Assembly: GCA_965237675.1 (NCBI GenBank)
Contig: OZ250150.1
Location: 3,488,001 to 3,552,000 of the forward strand
Origin: Candidatus Latescibacterota bacterium
GTDB taxonomy: Bacteria; Latescibacterota; UBA2968; GCA-2709665
Reading direction: 5' to 3'
Length of the DNA: 64,000 bases
In this document: piece by piece, positions 48,294 through 58,260 of the stretch
Position numbering within the stretch: the first letter of the stretch is position 1
How the letters are laid out: the number at the start of each line of letters is the position of its first letter
Program-made: the position numbers and the translations under genes
Notes under the pieces: generated by a model
Databases searched by the model: none
The model's input: the letters and a program-made list of their open reading frames with translations, nothing else
Told to the model about the DNA's origin: nothing

Positions 48294-48431
48294 TGGGGAT
48301 CTCCGGGGTTCGGGGGCGTGTCAGGGTCGATGGGTGAAGCGGAAGCGTCGGCGTGGCGCCCGCTGGCATCTGCGGGAACCGACAACAGCACGCTGTTGCA
48401 TTTTCGCAGCATGTGCGGTTCCGTGTTGACC

Positions 48432-48806
48432 CTATACATGTTGATCGACAAGAATCGGATTGCCGTCCGGGTCGACGACGACGAAGTTGGCAGGCCCTGA
48501 TGTATCTTCATCCGCTTCAGTGTGTATTTTTACACCCTTTTCCTTGAGTTGGCGCTGTAATTCTCTAACGTCCGTGTATGAATTCAGTTTCGCGGCATTT
48601 TCGTCCCATCCAGGGTTGAACGTCAGGATGTTCCGTTCAAACATCCCCTGGAACAATCCGACTGTACATCCCCCATTTTTCATAATCAGCCAGTTTTGCG
48701 ATACGTCGCCACCAAAGACGTGAAAACCCAGCTTCTCGTAGAATGATTTTGAGGTCTGAATATCGTTAACGTTCAAACTTACCGAGAATGCACCCAATAT
48801 CATCAT
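48432..48806 (-). CDS. VOC/glyoxalase family protein
   Basis: [29 protein letters not shown]. Confidence 0.9.
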   Translation of the reverse strand: MMILGAFSVSLNVNDIQTSKSFYEKLGFHVFGGDVSQNWLIMKNGGCTVGLFQGMFERNILTFNPGWDENAAKLNSYTDVRELQRQLKEKGVKIHTEADEDTSGPANFVVVDPDGNPILVDQHV

Positions 48807-48957
48807 TTCTCCCGGGCAGGCTTGCTACGTTGTGGTTGACTCTGCCGTTTGACAGTTCTTGATTCGATCCGTGCGGCCGATCGGATTGGTTGTGAACGGG
48901 CGGCAAGGGATAACAGAAGCCCGCCGTGGCCTCAACCCTAAATGTGGAGGAAAATTC

Positions 48958-48980
48958 AAAACCCCGGGTTTACCGGGGGT
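48958..48980 (-). terminator. Intrinsic terminator after the isomerase gene
   Basis: Minus strand CCCCGG-taaac-CCGGGG followed by a T-run. Confidence 0.6.
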
Positions 48981-49086
48981 AAATTGGTCTTTTCTTTTCC
49001 AGTTTGACAAACCGTTTCGACAGTCTCAGCCACAGCAGCATTGGGATACAAGACACCAGGGGTGTGCGATTGGGGAATTCCGGCCC

Positions 49087-49902
49087 CTAATATAGACTGT
49101 TGAGATAGTTCATCGATTTCTTGAGCTCGGCTTTGGGATCGCTCCCCCGCGGGATAGCGCATTCAAAGCCGCTGAAATGTCTATAGGATATGTCTTCCAG
49201 GGCTTCGAGGACAGGTCTGAAGTCCGTATGCCCGTAGCCCGGGAGGATTCGGTTGCTGTCGGCCAGGTGCACATTGGTGATCTGTTCGCCGCCGTTGCGA
49301 ATGGCTTCGGCCATATCGGACTCTTCAATACTCATGTGAAAGAAGTCGGCCATTAAAGTGACGCCGGGGCTATTGACGGCATTGCAGATCTCGAGCCCGT
49401 CCGCAATGGTGCACGGCCACCACTGTTCGTATCGGTTGAGCGGTTCAATAATGACACTGCATCCGCAGGCTTCGGCGTGCGGGGCGATATCGTGCTTGAG
49501 AATGTCGGTGAGCAGGCTGGATTCCAGCCGCGCGGTGGTCGCAAAAGGAGATAGATCCGGAATGCGGTGCCCATCCTGGAGTTTTATTGCAATCAGCGGA
49601 GGGAATATGACCCCGACGCCGCCCAGGTCGCCGCAGAGTGTGAGCGCGTCTTTCAGGTCTTGCGCCGCCTGCTTTCTTTCCGTGAGCCGTGCATCCAGAA
49701 GGCCCATCGTTCCCCGGATTGAAAAGATGTTGGGGATGACGCCGGTCTCCGCCGACGCATTGCGGATTTCGTTGGCGTGTTCCGCTGTGCTGCTGGTTGT
49801 GATTTCGATGCCTTCGATGCCGATCTCCGCAAGGATGCGGAATTTTTCCAGGATGGAATTTCCCGGCGCCATGGTTTCACGAATGGAGTATCTTAACGAC
49901 AT
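49087..49902 (-). CDS. Sugar phosphate isomerase/epimerase (D-psicose 3-epimerase-like)
   Basis: IEPLNRYE, ADFFHM, HLADSNR.LPG.GH, GFEC. Confidence 0.9.
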   Translation of the reverse strand: MSLRYSIRETMAPGNSILEKFRILAEIGIEGIEITTSSTAEHANEIRNASAETGVIPNIFSIRGTMGLLDARLTERKQAAQDLKDALTLCGDLGGVGVIFPPLIAIKLQDGHRIPDLSPFATTARLESSLLTDILKHDIAPHAEACGCSVIIEPLNRYEQWWPCTIADGLEICNAVNSPGVTLMADFFHMSIEESDMAEAIRNGGEQITNVHLADSNRILPGYGHTDFRPVLEALEDISYRHFSGFECAIPRGSDPKAELKKSMNYLNSLY

Positions 49903-50003
49903 CTGCGGTTCCCTGGAAATTTGGCCGCCGGCCTACGGGTCGAAGTGAATTGGCGGAGCCCGTAAGTAGGTGGGAATAAGGCCCCGCGTCGCGTCGCGCG
50001 CGC

Positions 50004-50032
50004 AATATAGGGTCCGTGACGTGAAATGTCAA
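50004..50032 (-). promoter_or_regulatory. Sigma70 promoter
   Basis: TTGACA-17-TATATT. Confidence 0.7.
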
Positions 50033-50105
50033 GGTTCGCCCCCGACGCGTTAGCAGAACCGTTCGAATCTCGTCGGACGCCGGGACGTGTAAGACCCGGG
50101 TCCCA

Positions 50106-52673
50106 TCAGCCCTTTTCTGTATAAGAGCGACGTTCGCCAGTCAACCGGGCGTTCCGAATTCTGTCAAGACGGAACATCCGCTCTCCTTTGCGTTGCCTGC
50201 AAAAGCCGTAAAGTACACCATCAACTTCGAAGATCGGTTCGATCGAACGAGATGAGGTATTGGCACCGCGTTCGGCGCGGTAGTCAATTTCAAGGCATAG
50301 GCGGTGGCCAATAGCGTATTCAATGAGACACCGTATGTCGGCCGCGACGGTGGCGGGGTTAATACCCGGGTATTGTACAAGCGCCTGGATGCCGTCACGT
50401 GACGGAGGACCGCTAAACAGCGCTTCAAACGTCCTGCAATAGTCGTCCAGCGCGTCACGACACTCGCTATCAGGAATGCCCCGAAGACTCCGGCGCAGGC
50501 GTTTCAGCAGACGGTCCAGGTCTTCAGGCAGCGGAACCGACCGGGCCGCAAAGGCCTGTATGGCGGTTTCGAGAAATCCCGCCAGCTGCAACAGCTCCGA
50601 ACTCTTCAGAACAATCCGGTGTTGGTCGACGTGTGACTCCTGACAGGCCATTTTCGGCATATAGCCCCTGCTGCTCAGGATATCGAGCAGTTCATCGACG
50701 CGCGACGACGGGTTGAGTGCGGCCGTCGTTGGTGAGAGTCGAGCGCCAAGATGGGTTGCGATCTTTTTCTGAACGTAAAGTTCGTCCAGTAGCTCGGGTC
50801 GCACGCCCGTAAGATAGCCGGACGCTGGCGCGATTTCAATTTCACCGTGTTTGCTTTCGCACTCGTGGATCAGGGCGTCCACAATTTCCGGCAATCCCGA
50901 CGTGCTATGGGTCCGAAGAAACTCTCTGAGAGACGTTCCGTTCCAGCCCCTGCTCATTGCCTTGTGAACGGATTGAGGCGAAATCCGAAAACGTCCCAGG
51001 ACGTCGACTTCCTTGAGTTCCGCTACGGAGAAAAGTCGGATGTAAAGGGCAAAGCAGAGGTCCGGTGGAGAAAGTATTTCAAGGTTTGGTTGTACGATAA
51101 ACTGCCCAACGGGATTGGCCGTCGATTCTCCGGGAATATCCGCCGATTCACGTCCACGGAGAAGCGCCACGCCGGGGCCGGTGAGTTTGAAGACACCCCG
51201 GTGGTCCGGTTGAAGGGGCTCCTTGAACGAATCAGGGTTTCCCAGGCCGACCAGACCCATCCATGTCAAAGCCGAAACGAAGATACGCCGGAGCAGTTCG
51301 TCCGCGCCGCCGCCGATCAGATCTCCCCCGGCCGGTGGGCGTCCATCGAGGTGGGCGAAGGTATCGGACCTGCGGGTGAGTAGCTTGTAGAATTGTGGAT
51401 ACGATATCCAGCTGTCCTCGGGACACCGGGCAAGGCTGTCGAGCAGGTCGCGGCGAAGGGCTCTCAGCGTGTCAATCCGGTTGCGGGTCCGCCCGGGGGA
51501 ACGTTCCGCGGCCCACTCATTCCATCGGTTGGTTTCGCGCCAGACCGTGAGCATTTCCTTTCGGACGTCAAACACCCGTGAAAGTCTGTCCGCAGCGTCA
51601 CCGGCGAGTCGCCACGTTCTGGCTTCGCACCTGATGAACCCGGCCGTTTCTGCAAAAAGGAGGAGAAACTCGGAATAACCCGGATCGATGTGGCCGCGGT
51701 AGTATTTGCTGACATCCCGGAGTTGGGCCCTGGAAACACCTCCCTGTTTGAGCGCGCGCGGCCTGCGTTGCTCGATGAAACCCAGCAGGGTGCTCAGATT
51801 GGGCACCAGGCAGGACGTCTGCTCCCGGGTCTGGGTGGGCTTCTGACCGGTGGGTACGACGATCTCCTCGGATACGTTCTCAATATGGTCGTCCACGGCC
51901 TGAATTCCCGGCTTCAGGTCGGAGGCCAGCCGGAACGGTGTATCGCTCCGGAGCCGCTCGTTTGAATAAAAAAACAGGGGTGTTTTCCAGATCATCTCGT
52001 CGAGTGCTCGAAGCCCCCCTTCTCCCAGAGAATTCAGGATTTCATCCTGCGTGATGGCATCCTTGCCAAGGGCCAGGTTGAGAATGGCCTTCTTTGTTTC
52101 CGGCAAGGCGGTGATATAAGTCTTCAGGTGCTCGTGATCCATTAAGCGGTTGCGGATGGCGCGTGCCACGAAAGCACGTCGCGCATCTTCGTATGGACAG
52201 CCCAGTTCGCTCGCGAAGGCGCGCAGGAGACCGATGGATCGAGACTGCATCAGGCGGCGGAGCCGCCCCTGATCCTTCGCCGGCAGGTCAATCGCCTTGA
52301 GCACCGGTTCCGGAATACCCACCAGACAACCGTCCGCGCCAAGTGTTTCGGCGTCTTCAAAGACCAGACCCAGGTCGGAGACCACGTCTTGCATCGCCTG
52401 GAAGCGATGGGTAAAGCCGGCCCCCAACTCGTCAATGGCATCTGCCTTGAGCAGTTCGCCTCCCTCGGCGGCCAGATTGACGACAAACTCGCGATGTTCG
52501 GCCTGAAGCGAATCCAGTCGTTCCTGTACACGCGATGGGTTGGAAAGATGGCTGCACAGCAGGTCTATCAGGACCGTTTTGTTCGCGCCTGCGTGAATCG
52601 GCAGATCAGTCGAAGCGGCGGTCCGGCAGAGCCTGTCGATGGGTTGGAGGCTAAGGACGGCTCGCAATTTCAT
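50106..52673 (-). CDS. Helicase-associated (XPB N-terminal-like) domain protein with C-terminal WYL domain
   Basis: FIVQPNLEIL...FRISPQSVHKAMSRG..LREFL.TH...LP; C-terminal IDY...RSIEP...LYGFCRQRKGERMFRLDRI. Confidence 0.8.
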   Translation of the reverse strand: MKLRAVLSLQPIDRLCRTAASTDLPIHAGANKTVLIDLLCSHLSNPSRVQERLDSLQAEHREFVVNLAAEGGELLKADAIDELGAGFTHRFQAMQDVVSDLGLVFEDAETLGADGCLVGIPEPVLKAIDLPAKDQGRLRRLMQSRSIGLLRAFASELGCPYEDARRAFVARAIRNRLMDHEHLKTYITALPETKKAILNLALGKDAITQDEILNSLGEGGLRALDEMIWKTPLFFYSNERLRSDTPFRLASDLKPGIQAVDDHIENVSEEIVVPTGQKPTQTREQTSCLVPNLSTLLGFIEQRRPRALKQGGVSRAQLRDVSKYYRGHIDPGYSEFLLLFAETAGFIRCEARTWRLAGDAADRLSRVFDVRKEMLTVWRETNRWNEWAAERSPGRTRNRIDTLRALRRDLLDSLARCPEDSWISYPQFYKLLTRRSDTFAHLDGRPPAGGDLIGGGADELLRRIFVSALTWMGLVGLGNPDSFKEPLQPDHRGVFKLTGPGVALLRGRESADIPGESTANPVGQFIVQPNLEILSPPDLCFALYIRLFSVAELKEVDVLGRFRISPQSVHKAMSRGWNGTSLREFLRTHSTSGLPEIVDALIHECESKHGEIEIAPASGYLTGVRPELLDELYVQKKIATHLGARLSPTTAALNPSSRVDELLDILSSRGYMPKMACQESHVDQHRIVLKSSELLQLAGFLETAIQAFAARSVPLPEDLDRLLKRLRRSLRGIPDSECRDALDDYCRTFEALFSGPPSRDGIQALVQYPGINPATVAADIRCLIEYAIGHRLCLEIDYRAERGANTSSRSIEPIFEVDGVLYGFCRQRKGERMFRLDRIRNARLTGERRSYTEKG

Positions 52674-53036
52674 AGGGCACCGTTAGACTCAGCGTTGTCG
52701 AAACAGGGATACATCCGCATCCCGAATCGGGTCCCGGCAGTTGGCTCACGACATCGAATGCGTTGTCGTCGTCAACCTCCGCGTGCCACGCCATGGACGG
52801 TAGGAATCGGCAGTTGGGTAGCGCCGGGCGTAAATAATAAGGATTCCTGGGTGGGGCGCATCATCGTGCCTGGACTCCACTTATTAGCATACACATCGGC
52901 CGTGAGCCGGGGCGGGGTGAGCCTGGCAGGTACCGCCAGGAATGCGGATGCGTAGAAAGGCTTCATCGATGCGAGAGTCGGGGACCCGGTGTACGAAAAA
53001 AACCGACTCCCTCCGGCCGGTAAACCATCCTAAAGC

Positions 53037-53065
53037 AGTATATAATAAACAGTAAGCCTTGTCAA
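53037..53065 (-). promoter_or_regulatory. Sigma70 promoter ~360 nt upstream of the WYL gene
   Basis: TTGACA-17-TATACT. Confidence 0.72.
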
Positions 53066-53090
53066 GCCGCAATATCCGGGTCGCGTCTGA

Positions 53091-53258
53091 GAAGCTGTCT
53101 TAAAACACTCAGAGGTCTTCGCGCGGCTGCAAAAGCGTCGGTCTGCGTTGGGTCAAACCCACCCGTATCTTCAGTCGAGGCTGCGCGCCCCTCGCGCCTC
53201 ATCACCGACACCTCTTCGCTCGCGCTCGGGAACGCAACGGGAATTTGAAAACAGCTTC
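53091..53258. mobile_element. MITE-like palindromic element (168 bp)
   Basis: Terminal inverted repeats GAAGCTGTCTTAAAA / TTTGAAAACAGCTTC (13/15), flanked by TGA on both sides (53088-90, 53259-61); internal GTCGGT/ACCGAC pairing; no ORF. Confidence 0.65.
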
Positions 53259-53368
53259 TGAATCGAAAAAAGAGGAATTTCGAGCATTCAATTCGTATAT
53301 TGTCGCGTCGCTTGACAACCGTTTATTCGGGGTTTCGCCCGCGATACCTGGAAACTTTCAGAGGATCG

Positions 53369-53968
53369 ATGACCCGGCTCTACGTTCAACAGGTTGTGGC
53401 ACGGACAATATCGGCGGTACTCAGCCCGCCGTTCGCAGCGGCCGGCCTGTCGATACTGTTGATTTGCCGGCTTCCAGCGCCCTTGGTGCACCGCGCAGGA
53501 TGGCTGGGCATCTGTTTGCTATTTGCGACATGTTTGCCAACGATATATGTTGGATTCCTGGTGGCGCGCAAGGTGGTGGATGGCTTCTATATTTCAATTC
53601 GATCCCGCCGGAGGAAGCCGCTGCTGGTGAGTTCCGCGAGTTGTTTTGCCGGATTTGTCCTGTTGTGGGCCACGGACGCGCCGCCGATGGTAAGTGCACT
53701 TATGCTCAGCTATGTTGTGTTGGGGCTTGTGGCCGCGGGGACGAACGCACGATGGAAGATAAGCCTGCACGCGGCGGGTCTGTGCGGTCCATTAGCGATG
53801 CTTCATCATTTGCTCGGACCCTCGTCCGTATACTGGCTGCCGCTGCCAGTGGCGGTTTGCTGGGCGCGTATTGTTCTGGGCGCGCACACTTATCCGCAGG
53901 TTCTGGCTGGCTGCGGGATGGGATTTCTTGTCGTCTGGACAGTAGCCGCCGTGTATATGGCCGTGTGA
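53369..53968 (+). CDS. PAP2-like membrane protein
   Basis: About 6 TMs; WKISLHAAG and WARIVLGAHTYPQVLAG motifs. Confidence 0.8.
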   Translation: MTRLYVQQVVARTISAVLSPPFAAAGLSILLICRLPAPLVHRAGWLGICLLFATCLPTIYVGFLVARKVVDGFYISIRSRRRKPLLVSSASCFAGFVLLWATDAPPMVSALMLSYVVLGLVAAGTNARWKISLHAAGLCGPLAMLHHLLGPSSVYWLPLPVAVCWARIVLGAHTYPQVLAGCGMGFLVVWTVAAVYMAV

Positions 53969-54146
53969 ACCGCCGAACCCGGTCCGAATTTCGATCGGGA
54001 TGACAAGAGATGCGGTCGATCTGGTCGACTCGGCAGTGCGGTTCTGTGAGGGGAAACGGACGGGGGCGAGCTCCGGGATTTCGTCTCAGCCTCCTGACGA
54101 AAACTCCGTGTAATCGCTTGTCGGGCTCTGGAAAAACTGGAACCAA

Positions 54147-55379
54147 CTATTTTTCATAAACTTCCGTGTCCTGCCAGAACGTGATCCAGGCGAACCAGAA
54201 GGCGCCGTGCCCGGGAATTTGTAGCAGCACATTGTCTTTCATGGGCCCCGCAATAGCCCGGCCCTTCAGATCCCAGGTGGAATGGGTCTCCCGATCTCGC
54301 AACATAAATGGGTAGGTCTGCAAGCTAGACGGAATTTTGTCGAAGTTCAGGGTCAGTTGTGCGTAGTCCCGACTGAAGGCGACAGCCATCTGTTCGGCGC
54401 CATACCATACCACAACGATGTTCCTCTCCGCCAGCGTGTCATTGATCACCGCCTCTTCGCCCAGGGCCGACAGGGGATATGCCTTTGCTTTCTCGACAAA
54501 CCGAATCCCGAACGTCAGGTTTTTTGGCGAAAAGAGCCCCGCGAGCGGATTGTCTTCAAGCCGTGGAAACACCTGGGACCACGGGGCCGATTCGGTGTCC
54601 CGGTATAGTCCATAAGGATATACATTATATTCATTTACGCCAAATGTCCCAGGTGTGTTACTGCTGATGACGAAAGTGTCGGGATAGAGTTGTTTCCAGT
54701 ATCGCCAGGTGGTTTCAACAAAGGGCGGAGTATTCAGAATCCATCCGGTCCTCACGCCTGAGATGCCCGTATGTGTCATCTGGGGAAAGCGAATCTGTTC
54801 GTCGTTCAGATCGTACATAATCAGGTTGTTGTTGAAGAGTTCTCCGGATGCGCCGAACATGAGCCGGTTGATCGCGCCCCCGCTCCATGCGGCAAATACG
54901 ATGCCGCTGCCTGTGAGCGGAGAGAATGTGACCACAATCGGCTGGCCACCGATGCGGTCGTTGACGATCTGGTGGTACCAGGCCATCTTGTGCGGATAGG
55001 CTTTTGAGATGCCGTTGAGACGCACGCCGATCACCACGTCGTCGTCCGACAGATAGGCGGCTTCAGCGGAAGCGGCCGGAACAAATCGCGGGTCGATCAG
55101 GGCCTGCGTGGCGTCCTTTTGATAAACCCGCTCGATTTTGTCGTGGGGAAACGTCAGCGGGTCGAGGAAATTGCGCCCGTTGAAGACGGCGGACGGGGTT
55201 CCGCTCGAGTCCGAATTGCCGCCCGCGCCGTCCTGGACGATGGTTCTGAAGGTCTCGGCGCCGGAACTTTCCGACGAGTCGGTTGAATCGGTGGGTGGTT
55301 CCCTTCCGCAGTTGGAGACGCTCAATAGAAGAAGGGACAGAAGAAGAGGGAATGGGTTTCGGGCAATCGAGGATATCAT
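54147..55379 (-). CDS. DUF3179-like exported protein (paralog 1)
   Basis: KAYPH...HQIVND, TFSPLTGSG, SGELFNNNLIMYD, RDRETHSTW, FWFAWITF; hydrophobic signal ending VSN-C. Confidence 0.82.
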   Translation of the reverse strand: MISSIARNPFPLLLSLLLLSVSNCGREPPTDSTDSSESSGAETFRTIVQDGAGGNSDSSGTPSAVFNGRNFLDPLTFPHDKIERVYQKDATQALIDPRFVPAASAEAAYLSDDDVVIGVRLNGISKAYPHKMAWYHQIVNDRIGGQPIVVTFSPLTGSGIVFAAWSGGAINRLMFGASGELFNNNLIMYDLNDEQIRFPQMTHTGISGVRTGWILNTPPFVETTWRYWKQLYPDTFVISSNTPGTFGVNEYNVYPYGLYRDTESAPWSQVFPRLEDNPLAGLFSPKNLTFGIRFVEKAKAYPLSALGEEAVINDTLAERNIVVVWYGAEQMAVAFSRDYAQLTLNFDKIPSSLQTYPFMLRDRETHSTWDLKGRAIAGPMKDNVLLQIPGHGAFWFAWITFWQDTEVYEK

Positions 55380-55535
55380 GTCGATTCGTCATCGGCGTGG
55401 AATTCGGATGGTATGGTTTCCGACCACGTTTGTTTGCGAACGAAACCGCTCGGTGTGACAAGCCCGTTCCTCGCCGTAAATGGCCCGGCCTCATCGATGC
55501 GGGACCGGGCCGACCGTATTACGTTCTACCGAGGT

Positions 55536-56159
55536 CTATTTGAAGAACATCGATACCCCCACCGTCGCAACGTGCCGGTTCATACGCCGGCCTTCGGTGA
55601 ACAGGGCCACGTAAGAGTACCGGGTGGTGAGTGCCGTCCGGTAGGACAGGACGCGCCTGAACCCTATTCCTCCGCCCAGCTCACTTACACCCGCCCATCC
55701 CCAGAAATCTTTCCCGGCGAACGCCTCGAGGAATGGCGACGTGCGCTTGTCCACCTTCAGCGGAATATTGAGCCGGTAAAAGCCGGAAACCGACGAGCCA
55801 AATCCGTCTTCGGCCGTTACGGGGAATCCGGCCGTGGTTTGCACAGGCGCCCGCGGCGTATCGATTATCTCCCTGCGTTCTCCCCAGCGATCGTCCGCCC
55901 GATTGCCCGCCACAAAGGCCCCGCCTATCTGGTGCAGGCGGCTCAACGAATAACCTACCGATACGCCGCCCTGATAAACCACTGAACCATCGGATATGCC
56001 GACCGACAGGATGGGAATGACCTCCAGACGACCTGCGCGCACGGGATTCAGCGTCACGCCAATTCCCTCTTCAGGTTCTTCCCCCGGAAAAATGTCGGCG
56101 TTCGCGGGGGCCCCCCAGGCCAGCAGTCCGGCTGTCAAAAAGACGACTGCATGTCTCAT
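55536..56159 (-). CDS. Putative small outer-membrane beta-barrel protein
   Basis: Signal peptide ending ANA; amphipathic strands; C-terminal VGVSMFFK. Confidence 0.65.
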   Translation of the reverse strand: MRHAVVFLTAGLLAWGAPANADIFPGEEPEEGIGVTLNPVRAGRLEVIPILSVGISDGSVVYQGGVSVGYSLSRLHQIGGAFVAGNRADDRWGERREIIDTPRAPVQTTAGFPVTAEDGFGSSVSGFYRLNIPLKVDKRTSPFLEAFAGKDFWGWAGVSELGGGIGFRRVLSYRTALTTRYSYVALFTEGRRMNRHVATVGVSMFFK

Positions 56160-56266
56160 GGTTCGATTCCTTTCGTTCTGAGGTGTGCGTTCAGCGCGCC
56201 GGCGGACCACCTTTATAAAATGGCGACGGTCCAGGTGTCATTGCCTTCCCCGAAAAGGATACATCC

Positions 56267-57031
56267 TCAGATACAACCCGGGATGGAGGCGCCCCTGACC
56301 AGCATGGCGTCGTTGTTTTCGGCCGGACCTGTATAGCGGCACCTTGCGCTGACGTAGTGCGTGGCATAACCGCGACGGCGCAGATTGGACTGGTTTGGCC
56401 TGCTGGAGTGCAGAATCAGACCATGGTGAAAACTGCAACTGCCCGCCTTCAACTCGATGGGGCGCTCTGCCGGCAGACTTCCGTCGAGTGACATTTGTTC
56501 GCAGTCCGCCCATTTCTCCTTGGGCATGATCCCGAACCTGTGGGTACCCGGCAGCATCCAGAGGCATCCGTTTTCTATGGTTGCATCATTAAGCGCTGCC
56601 CAGCATGTGACCATATCGGGCGGGTCGATGAAGAACCCGAGTGGCATATCCTGGTGATAGGGCTGCCTGGAACCAATCCTGGGTGGCTTCATGAACCACT
56701 GGTCCTGGTAGAGCTTGAGGTCCGGCCCGATGAGAGACTCGATGACGTCCAGTACCTTCGGGTTGCGCGCATGCGCTTCAAAGACTTCGTCGCAGAACGC
56801 GAGGTGGCTCATCTTTCTCAGCGAATCCGCATAGGTGTGGGCGGCCGTCTTTCCCTCGCGCACGTCGGGTTCCACCTGCAACCGCTGTTTCGAGACGTGG
56901 GGCGCCCGGCCGCTGGCCACCCATTCGGCTCTGTCGAGGAGCGCGTCGACTTCATCCGCGTTCAGCAGGTCGTCAACCACCAGCACGCCGTCTTCCCGGA
57001 ACCTCGTCACCTGGGTTTCGGACAGCTTCAT
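56267..57031 (-). CDS. Phytanoyl-CoA dioxygenase (PhyH) family
   Basis: FMKPP, YHQD, ENGCL..LPGTH, LHSS.PN...RR. Confidence 0.92.
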   Translation of the reverse strand: MKLSETQVTRFREDGVLVVDDLLNADEVDALLDRAEWVASGRAPHVSKQRLQVEPDVREGKTAAHTYADSLRKMSHLAFCDEVFEAHARNPKVLDVIESLIGPDLKLYQDQWFMKPPRIGSRQPYHQDMPLGFFIDPPDMVTCWAALNDATIENGCLWMLPGTHRFGIMPKEKWADCEQMSLDGSLPAERPIELKAGSCSFHHGLILHSSRPNQSNLRRRGYATHYVSARCRYTGPAENNDAMLVRGASIPGCI

Positions 57032-57193
57032 TTCAAACCTCTCTTTCACCGAGTTCCAAAATCCAAACAGGGGTGATGGACCCCTGGGAGGTTGCCGGCA
57101 AACTCAGGCAGACGCTTCCGGTCTCTACGCTGCCGATGCAACCCGATATCCGATACGCACGGTCCATGAACCGCCAGGATCGGGACCGATTCT

Positions 57194-58141
57194 TCATCTC
57201 GCGCCGGGCATAGAGCCCTGAGGAAAAGGGTTGCCTTTATAGGTGATGCCAATGACTGCCATCCAACCGGCGGGATAGTTCCGGCCGCCGACGGAAATGT
57301 TCATGGCCGTTTCCAATGTAAACGCGCGAAATGGTCCCAGGTTAATAGTAGGGGAAATATAGGTAATTCTCTTTATGTCTGAAGGGATTCTGGCGTTAAA
57401 GACGGTGGCGGCCTTTCCCCGGATGCCATGCAGTTTTACGCCGATCAGCGCCATTCGGTGCGCCTGGAGGCCGGCCTCCGCGACAAAGACCCATTCGTTG
57501 CCGGGATCCCTGTCGATCTCGCGGTTCTTGAGCCGAAACCGGTATCCGACATCCGAGTTGACGTATGCCGGAATGGGCCAAAAGGATCGTCCGAGTTGGA
57601 ATACGACATCGAAGTCCCACTGTCCTTCCCCGACGGGGATCAGACCGTCTTCGTTGACAAACTCGCCGGTAGGCGCCTTGAATCCCAATTTCAACGTGCC
57701 CACGGCGCGCTGGTTCAACAGGTTGACTTTGAGGAACCCCCGGATATCACCGAACCCGGTTGCCGTTCGGGGTTCTCCGAAGCCGGTGAGAAGGGCCACG
57801 TCCTGGTACTGCTGCCGGAAAAAGGGTGCCTGTAGTCCGACATCGAATCTGTCCGTTGCACCGTAGAACAGATCAAAGAACAAGGCACGAGAGCTGTACC
57901 TGCCGTTAAACCGAAACCTGGCGCGGTTTCCTTCCTCGTAGACGCGGGTGGGATCCGGCCCCCTTCCCGATCCACTCGCGCCGACGTATTCCTCGTCGGT
58001 CGCCTGGCTCAGGAAGGCAACCTTGCACCACATGTGTTTCCTGGGCAGTGTCCAGGCGCCTGCAATCACGTCGATTGGCGTAAAGCATTCGACGATCAGG
58101 AGCAGGGCGAACGCGGCCGGGCCCGGGAACACTGTCTTCAT
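57194..58141 (-). CDS. Putative outer-membrane channel (MetA-pathway phenol degradation/SphA-like barrel)
   Basis: Signal peptide, AWT N-terminus, GFGDI...KAPTG...VGEGQWD, terminal aromatic strand. Confidence 0.7.
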   Translation of the reverse strand: MKTVFPGPAAFALLLIVECFTPIDVIAGAWTLPRKHMWCKVAFLSQATDEEYVGASGSGRGPDPTRVYEEGNRARFRFNGRYSSRALFFDLFYGATDRFDVGLQAPFFRQQYQDVALLTGFGEPRTATGFGDIRGFLKVNLLNQRAVGTLKLGFKAPTGEFVNEDGLIPVGEGQWDFDVVFQLGRSFWPIPAYVNSDVGYRFRLKNREIDRDPGNEWVFVAEAGLQAHRMALIGVKLHGIRGKAATVFNARIPSDIKRITYISPTINLGPFRAFTLETAMNISVGGRNYPAGWMAVIGITYKGNPFPQGSMPGAR

Positions 58142-58260
58142 GAAATTGCCCACTGGGCGGGATTTGGACCCGGGAGCCGCGTCGGCGGTACACGGTAAGC
58201 CGGAGTAGCCGATAGCCCGTCCTTTTGGGTTCAGTTTGCCGCGTGTTTTCTGTCGTGTCG

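Noticed and set aside
50035-50090. tRNA remnant suggested by GTTCGAATC
   Set aside because: No T-stem pairing, acceptor stem or cloverleaf can be built
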